The translations under genes were made by a program, and so were the position numbers. This document shows positions 36,195-48,320 of a stretch of DNA of 64,000 nt, piece by piece; the first letter of the stretch is position 1, and every line of letters begins with the position of its first letter. The notes under the pieces were generated by a model. It did no database searches. It saw nothing but the letters and a program-made list of their open reading frames with translations, and was not told the DNA's origin. Origin of the DNA: Mobula hypostoma. Lineage: Eukaryota. The stretch covers positions 132,434,001 through 132,498,000 of the forward strand of contig NC_086097.1 of NCBI RefSeq assembly GCF_963921235.1. Reading direction: 5' to 3'.

Positions 36195-37870
36195 TTAGAA
36201 TTGGAATTGGTCTATTATTGCAGGATGTACCATGATACAGTAAAAAAGCTTGTCTTGCATACTGTTCATACAGATCAATCCATACTCCATGCATTGTGGT
36301 AGAACAAGGTAAAACAATAACAATCTGGAATAAAGTGTAACAGCTACAGAAAAAGATGGAAACAATAAGGAGCATGGTTATGTCACGGTAGACAGTGAGG
36401 TCAAGAGTCCACCTTATCATACGAGGAGACTGTTTAATAGTCCTTATAACAGTGAGAAAGAAGCTGCGGATGAACCTTGTTCTACATACTGTACTTTCAG
36501 GCTTCTGTATTTTCTGCCTGATAGAAGAGGGGAGAAGAGAGAATATCTGGAGTGGGTGGGGTTGTTGATTGTATGGGCTGCTTTATTAAGGCAGCGAGAA
36601 ACATAGACAGAGTCAATAGAGAGGGAGGCTGGTTTCCATCATGTGCTAAGCTGTGGCCACAGTCTCTGCAGTTCTTTGTGCTTATGGGCAGAGCTGTTAC
36701 CATGCCAAGCTGTTACACATCCAGATAGGATGCTTTCTGTGATGCATTTATAAAATTCAGTGAGGGTCGATGGGATTTCTGAGGAAGTAGAGGTGTTGGT
36801 GAGTTTTCTTGACTATGGCATTTATTGTGTTGGACCAGGCCAGGTTGAGATCTTCAAGTCTGAAAAACTTGAAGATCTCAACCTGTTAGAGTGGGTTTTT
36901 TTGGGTAGATGATTTGTTTACACTTAAATGATTTTGGCCACCAGACTTCTATTTGACTATTTGACGAAGTAATGCGGATTGAGTCCACAACAATGCGCTT
37001 CCTAAAAAGGTGTGAATACCAGATGCTTCTGGCGCTGTTGTTTGACCAGATGCCGTAGTTTCAAAGACAGTATTATCAATACATTATAAATATTAATTAT
37101 CTTCTATGTTAGCACGTAAAATGCCAAATAAATGTATTGTGGATTTAATTGCATTCCTGAAGGCTGTGGATACCAACCCAGACATGTTGGCGTCGGAAAG
37201 ACAGGATGAAGTTGGGTGGTGTGATATTTTGTATGTAGCCTCAATAAGAAGCATTGTCTATAACTTTTTAAGTAGCGATTGCCTTTGTGTTTAGCATATA
37301 AATATCGAGCCCACATTGGGCTAGCAGACCTTTCTACCGAAAGCGTCTCCGTCTGTATGATGCCTGCTGTACCTTGTTGTGTTGGATAAAGAAGCTGCTT
37401 TGTATCTACCAGTGACTCTGTCTCTCCAGTGATTTCATCCACTCTACGACACAACCCTCTAATGGTCAACACCATTAATGTAGACAGGCACTCCCTTTTC
37501 TGTAGTCAATAACAAGCTCTTTTGTTTTTTTTTACACTGAAGTTGTCATGACACCATGATACTAAGCTCCTTACCTCTTTCCTGTACTCTGACTCATTGT
37601 TATTTGACCCATGTGGTGGTAACGTTGGCAAACCTGTAAATGGAATTAGAGCAGAACCTGGCCACACAGTCATGAGTGTACAGGGAATAGAGTAGAGGGC
37701 TGAGGTCAGAACCTTGTGCTATACCAGTATTTAGAATAATTGTGGCTGCCTGTCCTTACTGATTGCAGTCTGTTGGTCAGGAATTCAAGGATCCAGTTGC
37801 AAAAGGCGAGCATTAACTCCCAGAGTCCAGAATTTTGTGATAAATTTGCTTGGAGTTAAGGTATTTAGGG
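36195..37870 (-). mobile_element. Decayed Rex1/Babar LINE split by a solo LTR
   Basis: 3' tail at about 36200; RT remnants (YTHDCVARF, YKFAN, WILEFL-like) on the minus strand. Confidence 0.75.
36884..37451 (+). mobile_element. Solo LTR (family A, copy 1)
   Basis: TGTTAGA...ACGACA; CAACC TSD (36879-36883, 37452-37456); TATAAA 37297-37302; homologous to 53402-53949. Confidence 0.92.
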
Positions 37871-39299
37871 TACAGCTGTTCTCTTATTCTTGATCCAAAT
37901 CTGTGGGCTTGACAAAAACTACTCCAGTAGCTGCAAAGTACTTTGTGCTATCCTTGAAAGGATGTGAGAGCTGCCATAGGAATGTCATTCTTTAATTTGA
38001 TTGTCTGTAAGATTCCTGAGGGATATGGGCACCAACAGCTGGTCAACAGTTATTACCCATCACTAATTATCCTCTTAAACCACTTTAGAATGCAGTCAAT
38101 TGTCAATAGCTTTCTTACGGGTCTGGAGTTACGTTTATGCCAGATCAGGTATGAATTTTAGTGAACTAGATGGGTTTTGTAAATAACTGTCTGGTCGAAC
38201 TAGAGTACAGATTAAAAGCTGACAATTTTGGATTAGTTAGCCCACTAGTTTAGGTACCAAATCCCAGTAGAGCACTGCCACAGATGGTTCGGATTATTGC
38301 ATAGCCTACAAGATTCAGTCTTAGTATGCATGGCACACCTTTCATGTCTTAGTGTTGCAATTGCTAACTGTGTATGCACATGTGTGTGTACATGTGCGTG
38401 AGAGAGAGAGGGAGAGAATGGGAAGGATAGTAATTTGTGCATTATTTTCTGACTCATCTATGTGCTTTGGGAGACAACAGGCTTATTTGAACAAATGATT
38501 TCACTGGCTTTACCATGAAGTGTCACTCCACCACAATTTAAACTTCTGTTGAACTTCATTAATTGGGCATAATCCCACTGTGATACCAAAGGAGCTGTCA
38601 GGAGGCTGGAACATCAGCTGCTGGGTACATATCCATCCATGAAACATGCTGAACATTTTCTATACATGTCCCAATGCCCACAAATAACACCTGAGCTGGT
38701 GGTGAAAAATTCAAGACACAACCAAACACAGAAGTACCACTGGTCCTGTTAAAAACTATAAGATAATGATATATAGAAACAGAATCAGGGAATTTGGCCC
38801 ATCAAATCTGCTTCACCATTCAGTCATTTTTTTTTTCTCCTGCCTTCTCTCTGTAAAACTTAATCTTTTTACCAATAAAACTCTGCCTTAAGTACATTCA
38901 ATGACTTGGCCTTCACAGCTCTCCATGGCAAAGAATTCCATAGATTCACAAACTCTGGCTGAAGAAATCCTTCTTCTGATAGAAATAAACAAGGACATTT
39001 CACTTATGCCAGACCTATCATGGGTCCCAATGTGTTCTGAAACAAATTGTCATTTTAGAAATATAACACTGGAGTGGTATGCATACACAGAAGTTCTCAT
39101 ACATATATACCGTACACTGTGCTGATGATCTGATCAAATGTTCGGAGGATACATATTAAATATGTTGGAAGAACTCAGTTGCTCCACCAGTATCTCTGTG
39201 GTGAGGAAGGAATTGTGATGTTTATAAGTGTTTGTTAACTGCAATAGTTTCCCTTGTTTCTCCACATTCCCACCAGCCTCTACTGGGTTCTACCACCCT

Positions 39300-39500
39300 G
39301 ACATTAGGGACAACTTTCAGTGGTCAATTAACCTGCAAATCTGCCCCTCTTTAGGATGTAGGAGCAAACCGGAGCACCCAAGGGAAACCCACACTGTCAC
39401 AGGATAAACGTACAAACTGCACATAGGCAGCTCCTAAAGTCGGCATTGAACCTGGGCCTCTGGAGCTCTGAAGCGAATACTTTTCCCGCTGTGTCACGGT
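39300..39500 (-). mobile_element. V-SINE
   Basis: AAACCGGAGCACCCAAGGGAAACCCAC and TTGAACCTGGG; further copies at about 29140-29265(-), 40360-40550(-) and 41110-41215(+). Confidence 0.75.
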
Positions 39501-42500
39501 ATTGTCCTATTTTGCACCATTACCTGCCATATTGACAGCTCCACAGATGGGGCCCTGGATATTAAAAAAAAATTAAAAATATGCAGATATAAACTTTTTG
39601 TGCATATTTGTACCATTTAAAAGTCATCTGGATAAGTACATGGATTGGAGAGAATTAAAGGGCAATAGGCTAAGTATGGGCAAATGGGACCAATATAGGC
39701 TGCATGGACAAGTTGGGTCAGAGGGCCTATTTTCATGCTGCATGATCTCAGAATGATTGGTTGATCTTTGGGAAAGTGCAGCAGTGGGATTTATTTCACT
39801 AGACAGTGTAGCTAGTGCATACATGTCTGCTCTTTCACAGTTCATCAGGCATGCCATAATGGTTTTTAAATGTTGTTTCATTTTCCATGTTCAGTTTTTC
39901 TCATCACCTGGCAGACAGCTGTTCTTTTTTTAAGCCTTTAAATAGGCAACAGTAGTACCAAACATGGGATGTATTGGGTGTCCAAGGAGGGGTAACACCT
40001 CTGGTGAAGGGGTTAGTCTGCTTGCGGTCAAGATGGAGCCAGCGACCAACGATTCCTCATGTGACCTCTTACAGATAGCAAATCTTTCCAATTATTTCAT
40101 TTTTTTCTCCACCTTCTGCTTGTTCTTCTTGTCTTGTTTGTGTTACAGAAACTGTTGGAGCCTGTGACATACTGTTTGGAGCTCGATCAAAGGATCCAGC
40201 GCTCGACCGCATCCGGAGAGAATCTATCGCTGGAAGGATGGATAATTACTCACATTGTTAGCAACATTGAAATGCATCCATGTTTTTGGTTCAATCTCCT
40301 CAATGTGTTCTCCCCATCTTCTCATCAACTCACTCCAGATTCTAACACTTACCTACACACCAAGTAAAATCTACAGTAGTCAATTAACCTACTAACTTGT
40401 ACTCTTTTGGATGTGGAAGACAACTGGAACACTTGAAAGAAACCCATAGAGAGAACATGAAAACTCCACAGCGAGAGTTCCAAGGTTAAGATTTAACCTG
40501 GGTCATTGGAGCTATGAGGCAGCAGCTCTACCTGCTGTGCCACTGTGCTAAATAGAAAATTGGGTGGATATTATTCACTGTGGACATAACGTGAGATGGC
40601 TATGATTCAAATGAATGACAAAACAAGCCCAAGAAGATGAATGAAAACTTGCACAGGCTATTCCAACAGCAACTCCAAAAAGCATAGCCTCTACTACCAT
40701 GAAGGACAAGAGCAGAGGCAACAGAGGAACATCACTACAGGTTTCTCACTGAATTTGCACACTGTCCTGACTTGGGAAGACATCACAGATCCTTCCTTAC
40801 TGCTGCGTCTAAATCCTGGTGATCCTTCTCAACAGCACTGTGGCAGAACTTTCACAAGGAGGACTGTCGTGGGTCAAAAAGGAGGTTGATCATCATCTAC
40901 TCAAGGGAAAATAGGGATGGCCTGTAAGCGCTGGCAAAGCCAATAATAATTCCATCCCAAAAAATGACGGAAAGAAGAACCTCCCTTATTCTAATATTCA
41001 TACAGGGAATTTTGTACCATCATTTCATTAAATGAGTAAGTTAAGTTCAGTTGTTGATTTGGCACCGGTATTCCTGAATCATAGTGTTATAAAGAAATCC
41101 CTAAAGATCTAGTGAGATGGGCTCAATTCTGACTACTGATGCAGTTTGTGTGGAGTCTGTAAGTGAGTGGGTTTCCTGTGCGTGCTCTGGTTTCCTCCCA
41201 GATCCCACTGATGGTAACGGACCATTGGAGTGTTATTGTTGCACGTATGAAGTTATAGTGGAAAGCTGACAGATCATTTCAAATGGTAAGTACATTGAAG
41301 AAGTACAATAGCAGAAGCTATAAGAGGCTGGAGAAGATATTGTTACAGTTACAGAGAAAGTCCACTGCAAACAGACAAATAAGATGTACTGGCTATGATG
41401 AGATTGACTCAGAGATCAAGAATTAATGCATAAAAGATTCATTCAAGAGTCTTATAACAGTGGGTAGAACCCTTCTTTGACCTTGCCAGTGTGGTTACCA
41501 GGTTTTGGGATCTTCACCTCGTTGGAAAGGGGAAAAAGAAGGAATGAATAAGGTGGAATGGCTTTTTATAATGTTGGTTGCTTTCTTGAGGCAGCAAGGA
41601 AGTATTGGAAATTAATTGATAGTGAAATTGAACCACAGTGTAGGTGGGAGGAAGGAAAATAAGAGTAGGGCTGATGGGATTACAAGAGAATAAGTGATCC
41701 GAAATAAGGAAATGGACTGATGAGATTGCTTGGAAAGCTCACATTAGCTCGATGGGATAAATGATCACCTTCAACATCACAAGAACATATAAAAACTATA
41801 AGACCACTCCTGACGAGGTTCATATTTCTTTGACTATCTAAACCTCAAATACCATTTGCCGAAATGTGATTAGATCCAACCAAGTCCCATAGCCTAGACT
41901 TTGTAAAAATTATGTTTAACCCATTATACATCAACCAACCATGAAAGCTGTTCTCACACTTTAGATACCAAGGAAATACAGTTAGCAAATTTGCACAAAG
42001 GTCTTTGAATTGCTTCAGAGAATCTACACTGTGATGCACAAGATATCCAACAAATACAGGATAATTGCATTTCAATTTCCATGCCATTCAACATTTATGC
42101 AAAGTTTGTTGTGGTTGTTTATTTAAGTGTTCTGTGCTTGTATCAGTTTTATTGGCTTGGACTGGAAGAAAATGAGCTACCTGACCTTCCATGTATCTGA
42201 CTGGTGTTAAACATAAAACACCTTTAGATTAACACCTGTTTCTCTGGGAATATGGTAATTCGCACCACAAAGTCTGGGATCTTGACTTTCAATTAATTCA
42301 ACCTCATTGCCTCTCTGTGCACAGATCATATTCACTAATGTTAATCAGCCCCAGGATTTTAGATTTTATCACTGATATTTCATGGCTGCTTTTGGGCTTA
42401 ATGGTCATCTCTTGTCATTAGGTTTCAAACACAACGTCTGATTTGAAAGCAAGTTATCCTGTGAAGACTGCACACAGTAGCTGTAAATTTATTTCCCTGT

Positions 42501-42696
42501 CTCATTCTCAGTCTAAGGAGAAATATTCTCCAAACCGTTTTCTGTTAGTATATGTGGTCTTGCTGATAGGGTAAGGAGATCATCTGTTTCTGGCATGAGG
42601 GAGGCATTTGTGAGGGTGTTTTTTGTTCAATATCCTTTCCTTAACAGTAAATCGATTGTTTGTATTTGAAAGATAAGAGTCTGTAAAGTGCATTAA

Positions 42697-43000
42697 GGTG
42701 GCACGGAAGCTTAGTGGTTAGTACAATCCTTTACAGTACCAATACCGGGGTTCAATTCCCGCAACTGTCTATAAGGAGTTTGTACGTTCTACCCGTGACC
42801 ACATGGGTTTCCTCTGGGTGCTCCGGTTTCCTCCCACAGTCCAAAGATGTACTGGTTAGTAGATTAATTGACCATTGTAAATTATCCCGTGACTAGGCAA
42901 GGATTAAATCAGCGAATTGCCAGGTGGCATGATTGGAAGGGATATACTCAGGGCCTATTCTGCACTGTATCTCAATAAAATAAAAACCAAATTAAAAAAA
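42697..43000 (+). mobile_element. Full-length V-SINE
   Basis: GGTGGCACGG..TAGTGGTTAG A box, GGTTCAATTCCC B box, V domain, A-rich tail. Confidence 0.88.
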
Positions 43001-44137
43001 TAAAGTAGCATGACACAGATGGGTTATGGAGTCATAGAGTCATACAGCACAGAAGTAGGCTGTTAAGCCCACTATACTCATGCTAACCATCAAATACTCA
43101 TCTGCAGTTATACCTTTACCAGCATTTAAACTTCCATATTATGTCATTCAAATAGTGAGTAATGCCTGGTTAAGATTTCTACTGCTGTTCTGTGAGGTAT
43201 TCAGTGGATGTCTGCTAATGTTTCAGCTAAACGTGATGCATCTGTTAGGAAACGTGACCCACCTGTAGGACTTACTAAGAAAGGGACTGCAGCTGAAAAG
43301 GATTAGAGAGGCGACAGGCAGTTTCTGTTACAACTGTGGAGAAGATGAACGTTTCAAACGAGACTATGAGGGACAGGAAAATCTTTGAAAAATAAGTCAG
43401 CAGTTAATCGAACAGAGAAGAAAAGAAGCAAAACTACGGAGAAACCCAGTAAAGGAACAGGTTGTCATCTGAGAGAGAATACGTTCCAATCAGGGTATCA
43501 AGGGAAATACTAAAGTGCAAAACACTATTCCCGAAGGTTTAGTGGGATCAAGCTCTGATGTATCCATACGGATAGAAGGTATTTATGTTAGAACCATACT
43601 TGATGCAGGTTTTCAATTTACTTTGCTTTACAGATATTTTACAACTGGTATTTGACGCAATTAACATTGACCTCACTCAGTGCCTTTAAGATTTGGGATC
43701 TCAGTGCTGATGATTACCCATACGATAGTTACTTGTCATTGGAACTGGAGCTTGCAGAAGCAGAGTTTGGAATCACTGAGATTACCGATACAAAAGTGTC
43801 AGTTTGCCCAGATCCAGTTGAAAAAGGTGAAAAATAACCAGTCATGTTATGTCCTGGAGGAGTAGCTAGACCTTTCTGAGAGAGGTCTTGCCAGTTAGTT
43901 CCAGTGGAGGTTGAAGGTGTTTGGCGGGTCCTGCTTAAAATGAGTCATGGGAAGATACAAGTGATAGAGAGGGGGAGGCATCCCCAAGTAAACAGGAACA
44001 TTCACAAGCTGTGCCTGAAGCTAAAGAAGCAGAAGATGAGATAAGTAGGTGTCAGAGAGTCAGGAAGCCCCTAGAGAGGCTGGCATATGATGCACCTGGG
44101 AAACAGAGAGTGGTATCAATCCTGATAGTGAGATACG

Positions 44138-45279
44138 CAAACACGAGCAAATCTGCAGATGCTGGAATTTCAAGCCCAGTAAAGGAACAGGTTGTCATCT
44201 GAGAGAGAATACGTTCCAATCAGTGTACTAAGGGAAATACTAAAGTGCAAAACACTATTCCCGAAGGTTTAGTGGGATCAAGCTCTGATGTATCCATACG
44301 GATAGAAGGTATTTATGCTAGAACCATATTTGATGCAGGTTTTCAATTTACTTTGCTTTACAGATATTTTACAACTGGTATTTGTCTGCTTTCTGCAGGG
44401 ATCGCTCCCTACGTGACTCCCTTGTCCATTTGTCCCCCCTATCCCTCCCCACCGATCTCCCTCCTGGCACTTATCCTTCTAAGCGGAACAAGTGCTACAC
44501 ATGCCCTTACACTTCCTCCCTCACCACCATTCTGGGCCCCAGACAGTCCTTCCAGGTGAGGCGACACTTCACCTGTGAGTTGGCTGGGGTGATATACTGC
44601 ATCCGGTGTTCCTGATGTGGCCGTTTATATATTGGCGAGACCCGACGCAGACTGGGAGATCATTTCGCTGAACACCTACGCTCTGTCCGCCAGAGAAAGC
44701 CGGATCTCCTAGTGGCCACACATTTTAATTCCACGTCCCATTCCCATTCTGATATGTCTATCCACGGCCTCCTCTACTGTAAAGATGAAGCCACACTCAG
44801 GTTGGAGGAACAACACCTTATATTCCGTCTGGGTAGCCTCCAACCTGATGGCATGAACATTGACTTCTCTAACTTCCGCTAATGCCCCACCTCCCCCTCG
44901 TACCCCATCCGTTAGTTATTTATATACACACATTCTTTTTCTCTCTGTCCTTTTTCTCCCTCTGTCCCTCTCACTATACCCCTTGCCCATCCTCTGGGCT
45001 TTTTCTCCCCCCACCCCTTTTCTTTCTCCCTGGGCCTCCTGTCCCATGATCCTCTCATATCCCTTTTGCCAATTTAGCTGACCAGCTCTTGGCTCCATCC
45101 CTCCCGCTCCTGTCTTCTCCTATTACTTTGGATCTCCCCCTCCCCTTCCCACTTTCAAATATCTTACTAACTCTTCCTTCAGTTAGTCCTGATGAAGGGT
45201 CTCAGCCCGAAACGTTGACTGTACCTCTTCCAATTGATGCTGCCTGGCCTGCTGCATTCACCAACAACTTTTATGTGTG
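44138..45279 (+). mobile_element. Penelope-like element, GIY-YIG end, inserted in the Gypsy element
   Basis: FTCELAGVIYCIRCS*CGRLYIGETRRRLGDHFAEH; imperfect 19-bp TSD (44119-44137, 45280-45298). Confidence 0.92.
45185..45220 (+). ncRNA. Minimal hammerhead ribozyme motif, best-preserved copy
   Basis: AGTC-CTGATGA-A-GGG(TCTCAG)CCC-GAA-ACGT-T-GACT: intact core, palindromic stem III, GUU triplet. Confidence 0.75.
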
Positions 45280-45435
45280 ATGCTGATACTGAGATATGTT
45301 TCTTCCATTTATAAATGGATTAGGGGTCCTGAAATCACGAACTTCATTTGAATATTTTGTTATCAATAATAGATTGATAAGTTCCAAAGGCTTACAAAGT
45401 CATGAGGACATGACTGTTTTTTAATGGGGGGAGAA

Positions 45436-46274
45436 TGTAATGCCTGGTTAAGATTTCTACTGTAAGGTATTTTTATTTTAGCAGCTTTCTGCAAAAACAG
45501 TGTGTCCTGCAGTAAGAGTGTTTTGTTTTCAGCTAAAGATAAGGAGCCATTTTATCCAAATTAGGAATGTTGTGCCAGCCAGTCAGGTCTGTCTTGGCAC
45601 GTGTTGTAACTTTCTGCCCAGTGGGATGCGAGTGAAGATTTCAAGGAGCTGGGTGGGATCAGATTTCTTAAGGACAGCAGTCTGGTTTGGGGTCTTTTTG
45701 GCAGGAGCTGGGCATGGAGCACAAGGGAAGATGGTCAGAGGATCCCACCTGAAGCGGAGACCCTACTGCAAGAAGTGCTTTGTGCAGATGAATGGTTCCA
45801 AGGAGGAAGTGCTAATACTCCAGAGTTAGCTAGTTCATTCAAAATGGTGTTTGAGGGAAGTTCAAACTGTGGCTGGCATCCTTCATGCAGAATGTGGTTT
45901 CAGCACATGAGGAATCAAAGCGAAGCATCCCAACTACTTCAGAAATGAGCACCAACGTTTATGTGCACACTTAGACTGGTTTAACTATAATGGGCACTTT
46001 TACTTTTCTTTTGTTGTTAACTGTTTGTTAAAGTTGAAATATTGGTAAATATATTTCCTTTGTAATTTTATGCCGGTGTACGACTTGTTATTTTTCTGGG
46101 GAACAATAACTTTGCATGGAGCACACAGCATTTCTCCCCAGAATAGTCCCTGTTTGGTTGAACCAAATCATATTGACCCTAGGCATGTGTTGCTTATGGA
46201 AGGTGGTCTTCTCACCACTGACTCACGTGGCTGTTAGCAGAGTTAGCGAACGAGCCAGGTTTGAGAGGGTTGCA
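45436..46274 (+). repeat. Gypsy 3' LTR
   Basis: TGTAATG start after the PPT; ends GGGTTGCA (end less certain). Confidence 0.7.
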
Positions 46275-47029
46275 AGTCCATCCAGATACTTTGACTGGAA
46301 TGGATTGGATTAGGTTGTTTTATTATTGTCATACTGTATGTACCAAGATAAAGTGAAAAGCCTTTGATTACAAGCCATCCCAACAGATCATTCCATATGT
46401 AAGGACATTGAGGTAGGAGAAAGGAAGATTGAATGCAGAATATAATATTAAACTTACAGAGAAAGTGCAGTGAAGTTATTCAAATAAAGTGAATGGGTCT
46501 TGTTGAGGTAGATGGGGAGATCAAGAGATTATCCTTATTTTATAATGGTACAATTAAGTAGTCTTATAACAGTGCAGCAGAAGCTGGCCTTGAGTCTGGC
46601 AGTACATGCTCTCAAGTTTTTATATTATCTGCCTGACAAGAGTACCTATCACCCATCATGTTTTCAGTGCATTTCAGATTCCATCCATCCTCTGAATGAA
46701 AATAATCCTGCTCAGAAATCTCCTGGTATCCTCTAGCCTTAAATGAGGAGCAATTTCCTACTAACCTATCCACATCCCTCACAATTGTGTATAAGTATGT
46801 CTGGTCCCCACTCAGTTTTCTCCACTCCTAGACAAACAAACCCAGCTTATCCAGTCTTTCCTCATACCTCAAATATTCCATCTCTGGCAATATGCTGCTT
46901 TTTCTCTATAGGGTGCCATGTGTGATTGGACAGGTCATGGGCAATCAGAGTGCATGAAGGAGTCCAGGTCTCCTTGCCAGAGCAGAGCTCATAAAAGATC
47001 AAGGGTTATTGGGCACAGGAGGCTAATGA

Positions 47030-48320
47030 GTTATAGTATAGAGTAATACAGAATAGATACAGGGCCTTTGACCTAACTCACCCATGCAAACGTGATGACC
47101 ACCAAGCCAGTTCCATTTCCCCATGTTTGGCCCATATTCCTCTAAGCCCCTCCTATCTATTCACTTATCCAAATGTCTTTAGAATGCTAATTTATTTCCT
47201 CAACTACTTCCACTAGCAGGTCATTATATATAAAGTCTGTCTCTGTGCTTCTTGTCCACTGTTCCCAAAGGAAGCTGCCTGAACTTGAATGGTCTCTCTC
47301 TCTCTTGCTCTCGCTCGATGATGTTGAAGGTTGGTGCCAGAATTCTGGGTCTTGGACAAGGTTTAATTGACATGGTTTGTGGATTAGACTCTGTAGTTCA
47401 TGTTATGATGTGTTTCTGGTTTCTGGTCGCTCCCTTTTTTTGTTTGCTAATTTGTAATATCTTGATCTGGGTGGAGTGGATCTGCAGGCTGAGTTAACAA
47501 ATGACACAGCACTAGATTGAACCGAACTGAACTAAACTGAATACGTCTGGATTTTTTCAATTACTTTATGTGTTGGTGTTTTATATTCTGTGTGTTTTGC
47601 TTTTGTTTGCCATTTGCGTTATTTTATTTTTGTTTTGTGCATTGGAGGTTTGATGTTTTCCTTTGTTTCGTGGCTGTCTGTGGGAAGACGAATCTCAGTA
47701 TACTTTGTATACTGCATACATACTTTGTTAACAAATGTTCTTTGAATCTTTGAATATGCATCATCTTCTGTGTGAATAAATTGCTCCCCAGTCCCTCTTA
47801 AGTCTTTTACATCTCACCTGTCCTCTGATTTTTAGTTCCCCTTCCTTGGGTAAAGGCCTATGCACACTCATCTTATCTCTGTCCCTCGTGATTTTATACA
47901 CCCTGTAAGGATACTCCTCAATCTTCTATGTTCCAAGTATTAAAGTTCTAGCCACTTCAACCACTCTCTGTAGCCCAAACCCCCTAGCCAATGCAGCATC
48001 TCTGCACTCTTTCCAATTTACTGTTGTATTTCATATTACAGAAAGAGCAAAGCTGTAAACAATACCCCAAGGGGATGAGAGTGGGTAGAGAGGAATAGAC
48101 TGGCATCTTAGCTGTTCAATCCTGCAAGAACTTTGTGAGTTTCTATGAGATTCCATTTCAATCTGCTAAACTTCAGTAAGTTTAATTAGCCCAGTTATCA
48201 TTCATACATCATCTGCCATTACAGGAATCAGTCTGGCAAACCTTTACAGCAAGAACATCATTCCTCTAATGAAACGGCCAAAACTACACACAATACTCAA
48301 GGTGCAGTTGCATTAGAAGC
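47030..48320 (-). mobile_element. Decayed CR1 fragments with a non-coding + strand insertion (about 47235-47755)
   Basis: CR1 3' end and ORF2 remnants on the minus strand; the insertion ends in (TTTGAATC)n. Confidence 0.6.

Larger units (their letters stand above)
43158..46274 (+). mobile_element. Internally deleted Ty3/Gypsy LTR retrotransposon
   Basis: LTR start TAATGCCTGGTTAAGATTTCTACTG at 43160 and 45438; PPT AATGGGGGGAGAA before 45436; gag zinc-knuckle remnant FCYNCGEDE; protease ILDAG; imperfect AGTG/AGTC TSD. Confidence 0.82.

Noticed and set aside
37104..37475. 123-aa ORF with a paralogue at 53387-53620
   Set aside because: Antisense reading of the solo LTRs, not a gene family.
43300..43700. 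Domesticated PNMA-like gag gene
   Set aside because: Has stops and frameshifts and lies between LTR sequences; an ordinary decayed Gypsy.
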